DNA of 64,000 bases from the human T2T-CHM13v2.0 reference genome, Homo sapiens: the NCBI RefSeq assembly GCF_009914755.1, contig NC_060941.1; one strand, written 5' to 3'. Both the position numbers and the translations under genes were made by a program. Shown piece after piece: positions 1 through 15,797 of the stretch. Below the pieces are notes generated by a model. The model made no database searches, was not told where the DNA came from, and saw only the letters and a program-made list of their open reading frames with translations. The first letter of the stretch is position 1; each line of letters starts with the position of its first letter.

Positions 1-549
1 TGAGAGTAATCCCCAGTTGAATATTATGCAGCTACTAAGCACTTTAACCCCTTGATTCCAAGAGTCTATAATCAAGCCCTTTAACTTTCTCATTACTCTT
101 TTTAGTTAGAAAAGAAATTGTACCTGCTAAAGATTTATCACAGGGCTTTAGGAGAAACTACATGCTATTGTTTCTCTAAATCCTATGAATTCCAGTTAAA
201 TACAATTTTATTGCATTAATAACACTGAGGAAAAAATTAATTTGGAAAATATACCTTCTGCTTAGTTATAGTGATAGTTTCACCTTCTCTTATGGTTCTG
301 CATCATCAGTATCACATGATGCAAGAAAAATGATTTCAGTACAGTCTCCTAAGTTTAAAGCTGTTAACCAGATGCTGAAGCAGGTAGATAGCAATTGATA
401 CAGCCAGTGCCTTCATTCATCTATCCATGTGTTCACATTTAAACATTTGTTGAACAACCAATAGAAAATGCAAAAGATGCAAACATCTGTGAGATAGGAG
501 CTATGCCATCAAGGAGGTTGTAATCTACATTATTATGAATATTAATGAT

Positions 550-790
550 ATTATTTACCGAGTGCTTGTGATATGCCAGACACTACCATATATTAACACA
601 TTCAATCATCTCAACAACCTTATTGAATAAGCAGTCAATAGGCATTACAAATAGGCATTATGATCTTTATTTTACAAATGAAAAACCTAAGCTACAAAAA
701 GATTAATTAACTTTCCCAGCATCACATAGCTCTTAAGTGGCAGAAAAGTCTAGGACTCAGGTGTTCTGGGTCCAGAGTCCATGATCTTGC
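550..790 (-). mobile_element. MIR SINE fragment
   Basis: Degenerate MIR core: ttttacaaatgaaaaacctaagct...taactttcccagcatcacatagct...gtggcaga. Similar MIR fragments lie near 1060-1240, 5570-5770, 10590-10800, 18230-18470, 20700-20870, 21370-21570 and 34395-34620. Confidence 0.7.
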
Positions 791-2189
791 TGACTATTCT
801 ATGTAGATAAGGGATGCAATTTATATGCACAGATAAATAATTGTTTAAGACAATGTAACTGTCAGAATAGAGATAAATTATGAGGCCCAAGATAAGAGAG
901 AAATTTTACCTGGGTAGGGTCATCTGGGAGGTTTCCAAATGGACAAGTTCATTGAGACAGAATTAGGGGAATATAATATTAGTAGTGTCGGTCTATTGAC
1001 ACTAACTCAGTGACTGTCATTGTGCTACATATATACATATACACGTGGGTTAGCTTTTATAATCTCCTGATAACTCTGTGGAGCAAATTACTTTAATTCC
1101 CATTATGTAGGAGTAAGAAGCCAAGGTTAGAAAGCTTAAATAACTTTCTCAAGCTTGTAGACTTGTGAGTGTCTTAGTCAGGGTTTTAATCAAGAAAATT
1201 GACTTCAGAGCAAGTCCTGATATACTGTACTACCTTGCTAGGAAAAAAGGAAGGAAGCAAATATTTTTGTTAAATAAAAAGTATTTTTGGGTAATTAGTA
1301 ATTGCCACTTAATTTATCTTATTCATGAATCTAACTTTTCAAATAATATGTTTGATTAGGTCAGAATTTAATTTGGTTAAAAATGTATTGAGGGGCCATT
1401 ACACATCAGGATCTCGGTTAGATGCTGGTGTTAAAAATATGAATAGACCAGGTATGATCTCAACCTTTGGGAAGTAGAGGAGACAGGCACATATGAGATT
1501 TGTATAAGGTTAGTAGTAAAATTATGCACCAGATTTGAAGGTAGCTCAACAGTGATTTATTGATTCACTCTATTGGGAGGCAGGCTGAGAGTGCTGGATC
1601 TTGGAATTAAGAAGAGATTCTCATAAAAAGGATCACTTGAAAAGTATTTGAAAGGAAAAACAGGTGTTTTTTTTATGTTGGTCAAGGGAAGAAGGGGCAT
1701 TCTGGTAAGAGGAAACAATGCATTCAAAGGCATGTTATTATGAGCCAGCATAATAGTTCAACACACAGTTCAGCAATCTCAGTCCACTGAATGAAGAGGT
1801 AGGAGAGTGGCAGGTGGTAAGATTAGAGAGGCAGTATTAAGGACATCTAGAAATCTCATCAAGGCTGTATTTAACCAAAACACACATCCTACTCTGTTTT
1901 TAATAGTAGGATTTAACTAGATTAAATGACATCTTCCAGCCATATACATATAATCTTGACATGAAGGACAACTATGCCTACCACATGTCACTTTTTGTAA
2001 GCATACATTCAGTGAACAGTAGACTGTCCCTTAAGTGACCTCCATCTAACCAGCTCTCCTGATTAACTCTTGCCTTCCATTCACTTTGTAAGTTTTATTA
2101 ACTGATGCTCACAACACATCGAATACTCATAGCAAGTAGGCAGTTCTCCATTGTGTTCATGCACTTTTGCATCCATTAGCTCAATTAGT

Positions 2190-2705
2190 AATATATTTGG
2201 CTGTGAGAAGCAGAAAACCTTAGAGAATTAATTTTTCTCACTTTACAAGAAGTCAGAGTTCAGCAGTTAGAGTTGAGTAACTCAATATGCCATGGTCAAA
2301 GACATGAGATTGCATTGACGTCTTCCTCATGCAATAGAAGAACTGCTGAAACTCCAAGTATCATTTCCATGTCTTTCTCATTATAGAAGGAAAGAAGTAG
2401 GAGAAAAAAAGGTTCAAATATTGCCAATCACATTGTTGTGGGTTTTGTTGTTGTTGTTGTTAAATCAGAAAAACAATAGCTTCTCCAAAAGCCTCTGCAA
2501 GAGTCTTTTCTTTAGGTTTCATTAGCCAAAAGTGAATGAGTCTTTCTGCAGCCATCTTTAGCACCAAAAGAAGCTATGGAAATGGGGTCCAAGATTGTAA
2601 TTTAACTTAGACTATTACTTGCCCACAGTAGGCTATATTGTTACTCCCAAACAATTTTGAGATTCTGTTAGTGAGGAACAATATTAAATAAGGCAACCAA
2701 TTACG
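2190..2705. mobile_element. Old MaLR LTR (MLT1K/N-like)
   Basis: Begins tatatttggctgtgagaagcagaaaacc and ends ...attctgttagtgaggaac...aggcaacc; lies inside the Tigger relic. Confidence 0.5.
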
Positions 2706-2907
2706 AATGTCTCACCTACCAGATAAGATTTTGCTATCCTAAATTAATTTTACTTGTTTATAAATAAATATGTGTATATATGAAAGCTGTATTTTTAGTT
2801 GTGGTTACTATATGGAATTAAATTTATATAAATGAATAAACTATGATTATGAAAAGAAAGCTGTTTTATCTATTAAAAATAAATTGTATGCTTTGTAATA
2901 ACACAGC

Positions 2908-3417
2908 TGTAGTAGAGAGAAAAATGCTCCCCTATAGATGTTCACACTCTGATCTCTAAAATCTGTATGTTTTGCTGCATGGCAACATATAACAGAAGAT
3001 TGCAGCTGTAATGAAAGTTGCTAATCAGCTGACTTTAAAATGGGGATGTTATCCTGGGTTATCTGGATAGGCCCAATGTAATAACAAGGGTTCTTTAAAA
3101 TGAAAGAGGTGAACCTTTGTGTCAGTCAGAGTGATGCAATGTGAGAAAAACTCAACTGGCCGTTGGTGTCTTTGATGATAGAAGCAGGTCAGGAATTAAA
3201 GAATGCAGGACACCTCTAGAGCTAGGAAAATCTAGAAGAAAATGGGTTCTCCTCCAAGGCCTCTAAAAAGGAACACAGCCCTGCTGACACCTGGATTTTA
3301 GCCCATTGGGATCCATTTCAGATTTCTGGTCTCCAGAACTACAAGGTATAGATTTGTTTCTCTTTAAACTACTAAGTATGTAGTCATCTGCTACAGCAGC
3401 AACAGGAAACTAATAAA
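2908..3417 (+). mobile_element. MaLR solo LTR (MLT1C/D-like)
   Basis: TG start, gttgctaatcagctgac...ttatcctgg...ggcccaatgtaa, end acagcagcaacaggaaactaata. 5-bp TSD acagc/acacc. Confidence 0.85.
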
Positions 3418-5875
3418 ACACCATAAAAACTGTTCTTGAATTAAGATAGGAAGGAAGTTGTAAAACATTTTTCAGGGAAATCAGGGAAATCTAAAATAAC
3501 TCTTTCTTCAAATTGCTTTGCATGTGTCTTTAAGTTTTTACTTACCTTTAAAGATTCCAAAACTGTAAACTGTGAAAGATGCATTATTGGTATGGTTTAT
3601 GCAAGAAAGAAAATAAAGAACTCTGCTAGGTTTAACATACTCAAAGAGAAGCCCTTGACTCTATATCAAAGGACTTGCAAATAAATGGAAACTTATATCC
3701 TTTTTGGTTAAAACAAAACAAGATATGTATCTGTAATTTTATAAGACTTTCTGCTTTCACTCACTTTTAGATTAACTATCATTTCATTCATTCATTATTT
3801 ATTCATCTAGTTATTCAACTAATAACAATGAGCAACTATTCTGTACCAGCCAGTACAGGGTATACACAGAGCAACAAAACATATTCTTTGTCTGGAGGAC
3901 ACAAAAAAAACAACATTAGACATGTTTGAAAAAACATAGGGAAAGCTCTAAGTTAGATGAGAAACTTTACTTTCCAACAAGAAAAGAGAAATGCTATAGC
4001 ATCCACTCCCCGCCACTCAATACTGAATGATGGGAACAATTTGGGTGTTAGGTTATTTATAACAATCACAGGAAATTGTAACAGAGCTTCTTTTTATGTT
4101 TCTTTTCAAAAGTACTACCTGTATTGTTTAAAATGCATACCATCACATTTGAAACATGTCTATCACACACTAACCGCAAAGAAAATAAAACTGTTTTGTT
4201 GGGCTTAGGACTTTTCAAAGCTCTGGGAGTTTATTATCATCAAAATAAAAACCCATTGTTCAGGGAGAGGTGAATAGAAAGAACATCAAGAGTCCTGCAG
4301 AAGATTATTCATCTGCAGTCCTATTTGGCAGAATGTCAAATCTATGCACTTGTCCGTGCCCTGAAATGCTGAAGTAACAATGTTTGGTCTGATCAATTTT
4401 GTCTTCTTGGATTCTCCTCACCAGCTGGGCTAATTTACCATGCTGGGCCTGCCTTCAGGCTCTGCTCACATTTTTAATGAGGATATTGCCTCCTTGCCTC
4501 TTACCTCCGAAGTATCTTCGCTATGCTTGAGTGGATTCAAGATCATGTAGAAGTAATGGAATTAGGCTGTCAGCACAGCTCTGCTTAATATGTTTTTAGT
4601 CTGCCTTTGTTTGAGAGATTCATCTTTCTTAAATTCTCAGTGCTCTTCAGCACCACCGAACAGAATAACATTAGCGTGCATTTGTCATTATATCACTAGT
4701 TAGACATACCCTTCTTTCGCAGGAGAAAACTCAGAGCAATAGCACTCATTAGCTACTTACAATAAAGGCTTGACAAAAGCCAGGTTGGAGTGTGAAAACT
4801 CATTTACACCTGCCGGAAAGGGATCATTAGCCAGCTGAGTGATTAGAGGAAGTGCAGGTCCACAACTGGAAAGGACAAGAGGATTCCAGAGTTTCAAGTC
4901 TTGAAGATTTTAATGCCAATGGTGTCGAGCACTTAAGGATTCTGATCCCAGAATCAAAATGAGTTCTATGACAAGACTGAAGTGACATGGTTCTGAATTA
5001 CTTTACAGATTTTTTTTTCACTCTAAGAAGGGCAAGGTCAAGAACATGCTGTTGATTAGAAAGTACCGAGGATAGTGATTAGCAGTCCCTTCTCATACTT
5101 GGCATGCCTTGCTTCAAGAGTCCTCAGTGGTGTGGGGAGATTAGTTTTTCTTTTCTCTATTCCTCTTTTTGTGTGAAGAGGAGAGTTGAAAGATAATATG
5201 GTCACACTGGTTTTTGTTTGATTGTTTTGTGTTGTGTTTTGCTTTTGAAATGAAACTAAGAGATGCACAATTAAGTGCAGAGAAAATGCAACACACAAAA
5301 TTACAGACTGAGTATCATGGAAACCCATACAGTCCTACTCTCTATGTAGGTAGTTGCACAACTGGCACTGGAATTGAATCTGTATATTCCATTCAAACAA
5401 GGAGAATATTAACATACGAGGATTCATGCGATACCTGAATATTCTGTACAAGAAAAACTGTGGAAGGGATAAACTAGTTAATGACATCCTATTGGAAATA
5501 CAACTTAAGCTACCTCTGCTGTGATATACAACTGGTCTCTCTGCAAAAGGGGAAGTAACTTATGTTTATCAAATCCATTGATGTGCCAGAAACCATTCTT
5601 TATTTTTGTTTTTAATTTATCTTTAAAACTATTCTTGAGGTAGGTGTTTTAAGCAACACTTTGGAGCTGTGGAACTGAGGCTCAGATCATTTAATTAACT
5701 TCTCCAAGAACACACAACTAGCATGGTGAGATACTGTTATTTTGACTCCAAAAAATGTTCTTTTTCAAATGATGTTGAAAGTTGAGTGATTATGTTAAAT
5801 ATGCTCTAAAGTGAAACTGAATGAGCTTTTGAGTATGTCCATGAGATGGCCGCTCAATTTGCATATAGAATCCAT

Positions 5876-5992
5876 TGTATAGTCTGTTCTCACAGTGCTA
5901 ATAAAGATATATCTGAGACTGGGTAATTTATAAAGGGGAGAGGTTTAATTGATTCACAGTTCCACATGGCTGAGGAGGCCTCACAATCGTGG
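5876..5992 (-). mobile_element. Truncated THE1/MSTA-type LTR fragment
   Basis: tgtatagtctgttctcacagtgctaataaagatatatctgagactgggtaatttataaagg...ggcctcacaatc. Confidence 0.8.
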
Positions 5993-6420
5993 ACATTTCA
6001 CCCCTTCAGGGTTTAGTTTCCTTTTCTAGCAGTTAAAGGAATTTAACTAGGTGAATTATAATGTCTCTCACATTTTAAAATCCTTTACAACCGTAACTAT
6101 GACTCTTAGTGGAGAGATAGCCCATGGCTCCATTCTGAGTATGTCTGTATATTTTAATTGTGGTATCTTAGAGATAATACCCTGCGTTTTTTTCTTCCTA
6201 AGCCTTGGGAATGACCAACATTTAAAATTTCAGGCCGATTGATTTGGGAAGCTTGCACCATGAAAAGCTAATTGGGTTGTGTTTTTGACTGACAGAGGAT
6301 GTCCTGCAATGTACATTGTGTATGTTGTGACAAATGCTCATTCTGTTCATGAAAAAACTGCAAAAGAAACTCAACTCCAACCTCTTCACAGCTGAGAAAG
6401 GGAGAAGAAAAGTTTTAGAA

Positions 6421-6775
6421 TGGCAGTTCTCAAAGTGTGCTCCAGTGACCCCTAGGGATGCCCAAGACTCTTTCAAGGTTTCTGAGGCAAAAACCACTTT
6501 GTTAATAAAACAAAGGCATTATTTGTTTTTTACTGGTCTTGTTTTCTCACAAGTGTACAGTGGAGCTTTCCAGACGGTACAGGAAGGCAATGACATCATT
6601 CCTCCAACAGCTAAAGTGCTTGTGCATTCTTGTGATTTAAAGATGCCTCAGCTTTAGTTTTGTATACAGCAAAAATTGGTAAATATATTCTATATATAAA
6701 GAAAGCTCTTTAAGGTTCTCAACAAATCTTAGGAGTGTAAAGATTCTTAAGACCAAAAAGTTTAAAAGCTGATGG
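6421..6775. mobile_element. hAT-Charlie non-autonomous element (Charlie1/MER106-like)
   Basis: Ends cagttctcaaagtgtgctcc... and ...gaccaaaaagtttaaaagctg; internal gtgtacagtggagctttccaga. Confidence 0.7.
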
Positions 6776-6801
6776 TCTTGAGCATACAAAACTGTAGCTG
6801 G

Positions 6802-7134
6802 TATCTCAGTTGGTTAAGGTTGTTATAACAAAATACCATAAACTGGGTGGCTTATAAACAGCAGATATTCATTTCTCACAGTTCGGGAAGCTGAAAGTTT
6901 CAAGATCAAGTCACTAGCATATTCAGTGTCTGGTGAGGGCTCACTCTGGCTCATAGATAGTGCTTTCCTACTGTGTCCTCATGTGGGGGAGAGAACGGGG
7001 GTCTTTCCTGGGCTGTCTTTGATAAGGACACCAATCCCATTCATGAGGGCTTTGTTCTCATGACCTAATGACCTCCCAAAAGCTAGATTGCAATATGTAA
7101 ATTTGGTGGGGGACAAAAACATTCAGACCATAGC
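6802..7134 (-). mobile_element. MaLR solo LTR (MLT1A/MSTD-like)
   Basis: ataacaaaataccataaactgggtggcttataaaca...tctggtgagggc...acattcagaccatagca. Confidence 0.85.
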
Positions 7135-7575
7135 AGCTAGGAATTAGTCTAAGGTTTGTCCTCACAAGGATCCCCCAAAAGGATGAAAAAAAATGCTTGA
7201 CACTACTGGGTGCAGAAAGGTTGCTCCTAAAATGCAACGTGCATAAGTGTTGGATTTCCACATCTATAAACTGGGATATTGAAATCCATCTCAGAAATAT
7301 TATACCTTATTTTATTTGGAATCAATACATTTAATTTTAAATATTTTACCTTATTTCATTTAGAATTTTTTAGAATCAATTCTAAAAACTATTGAATACA
7401 TGACGTTCAATTATTTTATGTATTGCTAAGAAATAAATGAGTTACTAATTAAAGTTATAATTAGTAACTCTTTGCCTCATTGATTTTAAGAGGCATCATG
7501 TTTTCAGAAACTTGAGTTTTAGAATCAATGAACTACAATACATAAAAATCTATAAGTAATAAGTCCTTCCCCTTT

Positions 7576-7871
7576 CTTTGAGACAAAGTCTCGCTCTGTC
7601 ACCCAGACTAGAGTGCAGTGGCGAGATCTCAGCTCACTGCAACCTCCGCCTCCCAAGTTCAAGCAATTCTCGTGCCTCAGCCTCCCGAGTAGCTAGGATT
7701 ATAAGTGCCCACCACCACGCCCGATTAATTTTGTTTGTTTGTCTGTATTTTTTAGTAGAGATGGGGTTTCACCATGATGGCCAGGCTGGTCTCAAACTCC
7801 TGACCTCAGGTGATCCACCCACCTCAACCTCCCAGTGTTGGAATCACAGGAGTGAGCGACAGCGCCCAGCC
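7576..7871 (-). mobile_element. AluS element
   Basis: Full dimeric Alu in reverse orientation; short TSD cctttctt. Confidence 0.95.
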
Positions 7872-8092
7872 GCCTTTCTTATATCAAAGGAGTAAAGGGA
7901 AAAGCCCTAAAGGTATACTTAATGTAATTGATTTTAGAGTCTGAATTCTTTGCATCCAAACATGAACAGTGCTATTTTTTTTTCCAGTCACTCCCTTTAA
8001 CCATTCTCTGTCAAATTTTCCTTTCCTGTTCCACCATGACATCTCAGGCAGGTAGCAGAACTACCCAGTCATTTCCAATTAAAACATTCCAC

Positions 8093-8825
8093 TGCATGGT
8101 ATTCCATGGTGTATATGTACCATGTTTTCTTTATCCAGTCTCTGATGCGCATTTGGGTTGATTTCATGTCTTTGCTATTGTGAATAGTGCTGCATTGAAC
8201 ATATGTGTGTGTGTATCTTTATAACAGAATAATTTATATTCCTTTAGGTATATACTCGGTAATGGGATTGCTAAGCCAAATGGTATTTCTGGTTCTAAAT
8301 CTGAGGAATCGCCACACTGTCCTCCACAATGGTTGAACTAATTTACATTCCCACCAACAGTATAAAAGTTTTCTTATTTCTCTGCAACCTCTCCAGGATC
8401 TGTTGTTTCCTGACTTTTTAGTAATCACCATTCTGACTAGCGTGAGATGGTGTGCAGCCATACAACAGAATGAGATCATGTCCTTTGCAGGGACGTGGAT
8501 GAAGCTGGAAGCCATTATCCTCAGCAAACTAACACAGGAACAGAAAACCAAACCTCGCAGGTTCTCACTTATAAGTGGGAGCTGAACAATGAAAACACAT
8601 GGACACGGGGAAGGGAACACTTACTGGGGCCTGCTGGGGAAGGGTGGGGGTGGGAGCCAATTAGCGAAAAGAGCTGATGCATGCTGGTCTTAATACCTAG
8701 GTGATGGGTTGATAGGTGCAGCACACGTTTACCTATGTAACAAACCTGCACATCTTGCACATGTATCCCGAACTTAAAAAACATAAATAAAAAATAAAAA
8801 GATAAAATTTAAAATAAAAAAAACA
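8093..8825 (+). mobile_element. 5'-truncated, 5'-inverted L1PA (twin-priming product)
   Basis: 8093-8452 is antisense L1 ORF2 end; 8453-8825 is sense L1 3' end with A-tail. TSD aaaacattccactgc (8081) / ataacatttcactgc (8826). Confidence 0.92.
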
Positions 8826-11213
8826 ATAACATTTCACTGCTATCAAGTTTAAAACTTCAGTCTCCACATTCAGGTTTGACCTGTGGTTCAAGGAACCCAC
8901 AATAGTCCCAGCTTCTCCAGGGTTGGAGCACAATGGGGGGAATAGAGAAAAAACAATCGTAATTATTTTCACCTAATCAACTTCATGATTACCGTCTGGT
9001 TTGTGTTTGCTGTTTCTCTGTCTCAGACCCTCCTTGACCTAAGAACTGTGGCTTAGGCTCAGTCTCTTTCACTCCACCTCAGCTTCTATCACCACAGTTA
9101 CTCCCAGCACCTCTTGCTGGTTGGAAGATTTTGGCCAACAACACTGCCTTCTTGGGTGGGCCCTCACACACAGAGGTGAAGTCCTGCTACCTGACATTTG
9201 TCTGCCCCTCAGAAATGCATGCATTCTTGCCATTCCTAGCAGGAGGCACAGGCTGCAATGCCAGTTTTCCCATTACAGGTGCCCCCCCTCAAATCTCTAT
9301 AAATGCCTCTCTGTTAAGTTTCTCCCATCTACTTGATTTTAAAGGAAAGAGGACCTACATATCTATCCGTGAGATCCCTACTCACATATACCTCTGATTC
9401 TTGCTCTTCCCCTCCCTGTTATATGACCTGAAGGCAGAAAGGTAAGGAGAGCAAACTCAGCTGGCTTTTCATAAAGGCTGAGGGATATGTATGGCCCTAG
9501 ATTTGTGGCTCCTTCTTAGCTCTGTCCTTAGAATGTTGAGTACTCAATGCATCTTTCTGCCAAGTTTCGGATGCCTTTTACCATTCGGAGTAAATAGGTG
9601 AAGTCTCATTTAACATTTCTTCCATTAAACTGACTTAATATAGAAGAGCTAGCCCTGACCTCTTTGTTGGCAGATTTAATAATACAATCTTCCCACCGAT
9701 TCATCCATAACTCACTTCAAATCTAGGTTCATTGGAGTTGCTGAACAAGTGGAGGTGCTAACTGCAATAGAAGGGCTCCCTGAGGAGCCTCAGAACCAGC
9801 ACCATTCCCAAGCCCTGCAAGCATCTGTTCCATTCTCAGAAATCACAACAATCCACACTGATGGAAAGTGAGGGAGAGAAAAATTGACAGGTCTGTGTTT
9901 TTTTGGTTGAATAATCATTGTTGTCCTAACTGTTTAATTAGAAAGAAAGGAAAAAAGTCTCTTTCAGGACGATCGATGAAGAAAAGCTACCCACCCTGAA
10001 AAAAAAAAAGCTTTTTTTTTTCCTTCTAGAGCCTTTCAGTTGTCATAACAGGCACCAACCTTACTTTATATATTTTGATAAGAGAACAGTTGGGAATTGA
10101 GGATTGAGAACAATTTAATTTATCAGCAAAATTTTTCTAAAGGAGTTTTGGCAAGGTGCTGGTTCTGAGAGCAACAACAGGTGCTCTGAAGGCAAAGAAG
10201 AAGGAAGACTGAGTGAACTTCATTGCAGTTCTGGAATATAAATCTTCAGGTGAGAAGTGTGTAGTTTTACTTGTCTTAAAGGGGACACACACATATATTG
10301 AACCAGCCTTGCAAGGAGAGACTCCAACACTCCTTTCACATAATTAATTTCCTCTCTAGAGCTCAAAAAAGTTGTTAACTGAATCCAAACGTTACTAATA
10401 CTGTTTTAATTTTTGTCCTGAACAAATTTTTACTTGCCTCAGAGAAAGTATATATGGCACATCATAGGACAGAAGAAAACCTTGCAATTCAAAGACTCTA
10501 ATATTCTTTCTATTTGCTTGAACTACAAATAAGCAATAAAACCAACAAAAATTAAATTCTTATGTTAAAGCTCGTAATAATATCTAGAATTTCTTTTAAC
10601 TCTTCACAGTTTATAAAGTGCTTTCTCTGATATGACCACATTTAAATCTTACAGCAATCCTGTAAAATTGCTATTTACTATCTCAAATTTTACAGATTAA
10701 AAAGCAATCTTACACAGTGGAAGGGACCTACTGAACACCATACAGCCAGTAAATGGCAAAGTTCCTGCTTGAAACCAGGAATCATGAATCCATTTCTCCA
10801 AACCACATTTCTCTTCTTCATTAGCTAATTGAACTGCCTGATATTCTTTCAACCTGTTCAACTTAGTTTGTAATACCTAGAGCCCACTTAAGTCAGCAGA
10901 CTCACCTCACTATCTCCTCAACAGTAGCCATCACAGTAAAGACATTAATTAAATCTGTGTTTTATAAAAGAATGTATATTTATTGAGAACACATTTCAAG
11001 TGCCTTGCTAGGTGTTTTAATGTGTTTAATTTCTCATAATCTTTAAAACATCTCTATAAGGTGTCATCCTTATTATATAGGTGGGGAAACTTAGGCTTAG
11101 AAAGGTTAAAGAACTTTACCTATTACTCAACTAAACTGTATAAGGAAACTTGCATGCTATGTTTATTTCTCTGTTTCTCTTGCTCTCCCTATACCTCTCC
11201 CCAAGTCTCTGAA

Positions 11214-11701
11214 TCTGCATTATCCAATACAATAATCCATAGCAATGTGTGACTGTTGAGCACTTGAAATATGACTAGTTCAAATTGAGATGTGCTACTA
11301 AGTACAAAATACACACCAGATTTCAGAGGCTTAAATATGAAAAAATAATGTAAAATGTATTATTACTATTTTTATGTCAATCATATATATATATATATTT
11401 ATTTTACTTTAAGTTCTGGGATACATGTGCAGAACGTACAGCTTTGTTACATAGGTATACATGTGTCATGGTGATTTGCTGCACCTACCAACCCGTCATC
11501 TAGGTTTTAAGCCCTGCATGCATTAGATATTTGTCCTAATGCTCTCCCTCCCTTTGCCCCCACTCCTTGACAGGCCACAGTGTGTGATATTCCCCTCCCT
11601 ATGTCCATGTGTTCTCATTGCTCAACACCCACTTATGAGTGAGAACAGTCAATCATATATTAATATCATACTGTTTTGGATAAATTGAGTTAAATATAAT
11701 A
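11214..11701 (+). mobile_element. MER33 hAT MITE, interrupted by L1PA and truncated at Tigger1
   Basis: ctgcattatccaatac...gagcacttgaaatatgactagttcaaattgagatgtgc; resumes after 11648. Confidence 0.8.
11389..11647 (-). mobile_element. L1PA 3' end fragment
   Basis: actttaagttctgggatacatgtgcagaacg...cacttatgagtgagaac. TSD gtcaatcatatat at 11376 and 11648. Confidence 0.92.
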
Positions 11702-11703
11702 CA

Positions 11704-13939
<2,236 letters not shown>

Positions 13940-14448
13940 CATTTTGAAAATGACCCAAAAAGCAAGCACTAAAGAAACCATAAAATTAATATATGGTTAA
14001 TAACTCCATTTTGGCTCTGCAATTTCTTCAGATTGGGGATGGGATCTGTTCTCTTGGCTTTCTTTGAGTGTTCTTGGTTCCTGGCTGAGAACTGTGCTAC
14101 ATACAAACTCTGCTGATAATCTTTCTTGGAGTATTTGTATTCTGTGCTCTGCTCTGTCATCTCTGTAGTCTTAAATGCTGGTGCCTAGCTGCTGTCCCCT
14201 AACCACTGTCCCACAAAATGAGTAGGGAAAAATCTGCTTCTTATTAGAAGTTAAAATGGCCATCCTCTAGAACTTTACTTGTAATAATGACACCTCACAT
14301 AGTGATAACCAACTGAATTGATTATATTATCATATTTAAGAGTGTGTTCTCCAATGTAGGGAGAAAAGGAGGTCTGAGAACTGAAGCCATCTACAACCAC
14401 AGAGCTAACTGCACCAGTGTGACTTTACTATCCCATGAAAATCTTGTC

Positions 14449-15210
<762 letters not shown>

Positions 15211-15315
15211 GCTTGCATATGAGAAACTTATTTACTTACTGAACACCACATAGCTGTTCAGATTTATTTTAGAGGTCATAAACTCAGAAAGAAGTAGATC
15301 AGAAAGAAGTAGATC

Positions 15316-15797
15316 CAGGCTGTAGACCAATTTTGTTGAGCTTAAAGTGTTAAGTCACTCATTTAAAAAAACAGATTAGTAGCTAACATTTAAAAAATTG
15401 AAAGTTATATGTAAAATCTGGATTTCTGGCTTTTTTCAAATACTGAACTGGGCCCGACTTTTCTACATGGTAATAATTGTTAGGTGCTTCAGATGTAGAG
15501 TACCCTTACTGCTTCGGCATAGTTCTTGCCACTTACTGTTTACATCTGGCTTGTTCATTTACATCAGGGGATAAAGACTAAATATTTTTGGCTTTGAGGA
15601 CCATATGGCCGCTGTCTCAACTACTCAACTCTACTGTTGTAGCATGAAAACAGCAAAAGGCAATGTCTAAATGAATGAGTGTTTCTGTGTTCCAGTAAAA
15701 CTTTATTGATAGAAGCAGGTCTGAAGGTTACAATTTGTGATTCTTGAATCTGTGTAATATGCCTGGCTACAGGCAGCATTTAATTTGAAACCATTGT
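15316..15797. mobile_element. MER102-like hAT element with nested MER58A (15564-15748)
   Basis: aaaatctggatttctggct...ctgggccc is MER102-like. cagggg...aaatatttttggctttg...ctactcaactct...aaaactttatt is MER58A-like. Confidence 0.7.

Larger units (their letters stand above)
2017..3780 (+). mobile_element. Ancient Tigger/pogo-family DNA transposon relic, interrupted by two MaLR LTRs
   Basis: TIR-like start cagtagactgtcc. Translated pieces MKRK/VLSIKNKLYAL (2849-2895) and KDALLVWFMQERK...ILKEK (3575-3650) match the CENP-B-type HTH motifs of Tigger transposases. Confidence 0.65.

Noticed and set aside
6334-6657. 107-aa ORF
   Set aside because: Non-ATG start, runs through a Charlie MITE, no recognisable domain.
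7578-7895. Alu-derived ORFs (also 13343, 14703, 40396, 41183, 50292, 59759)
   Set aside because: Standard Alu translations (LSPRLECSG..., AGVQW...), not genes.
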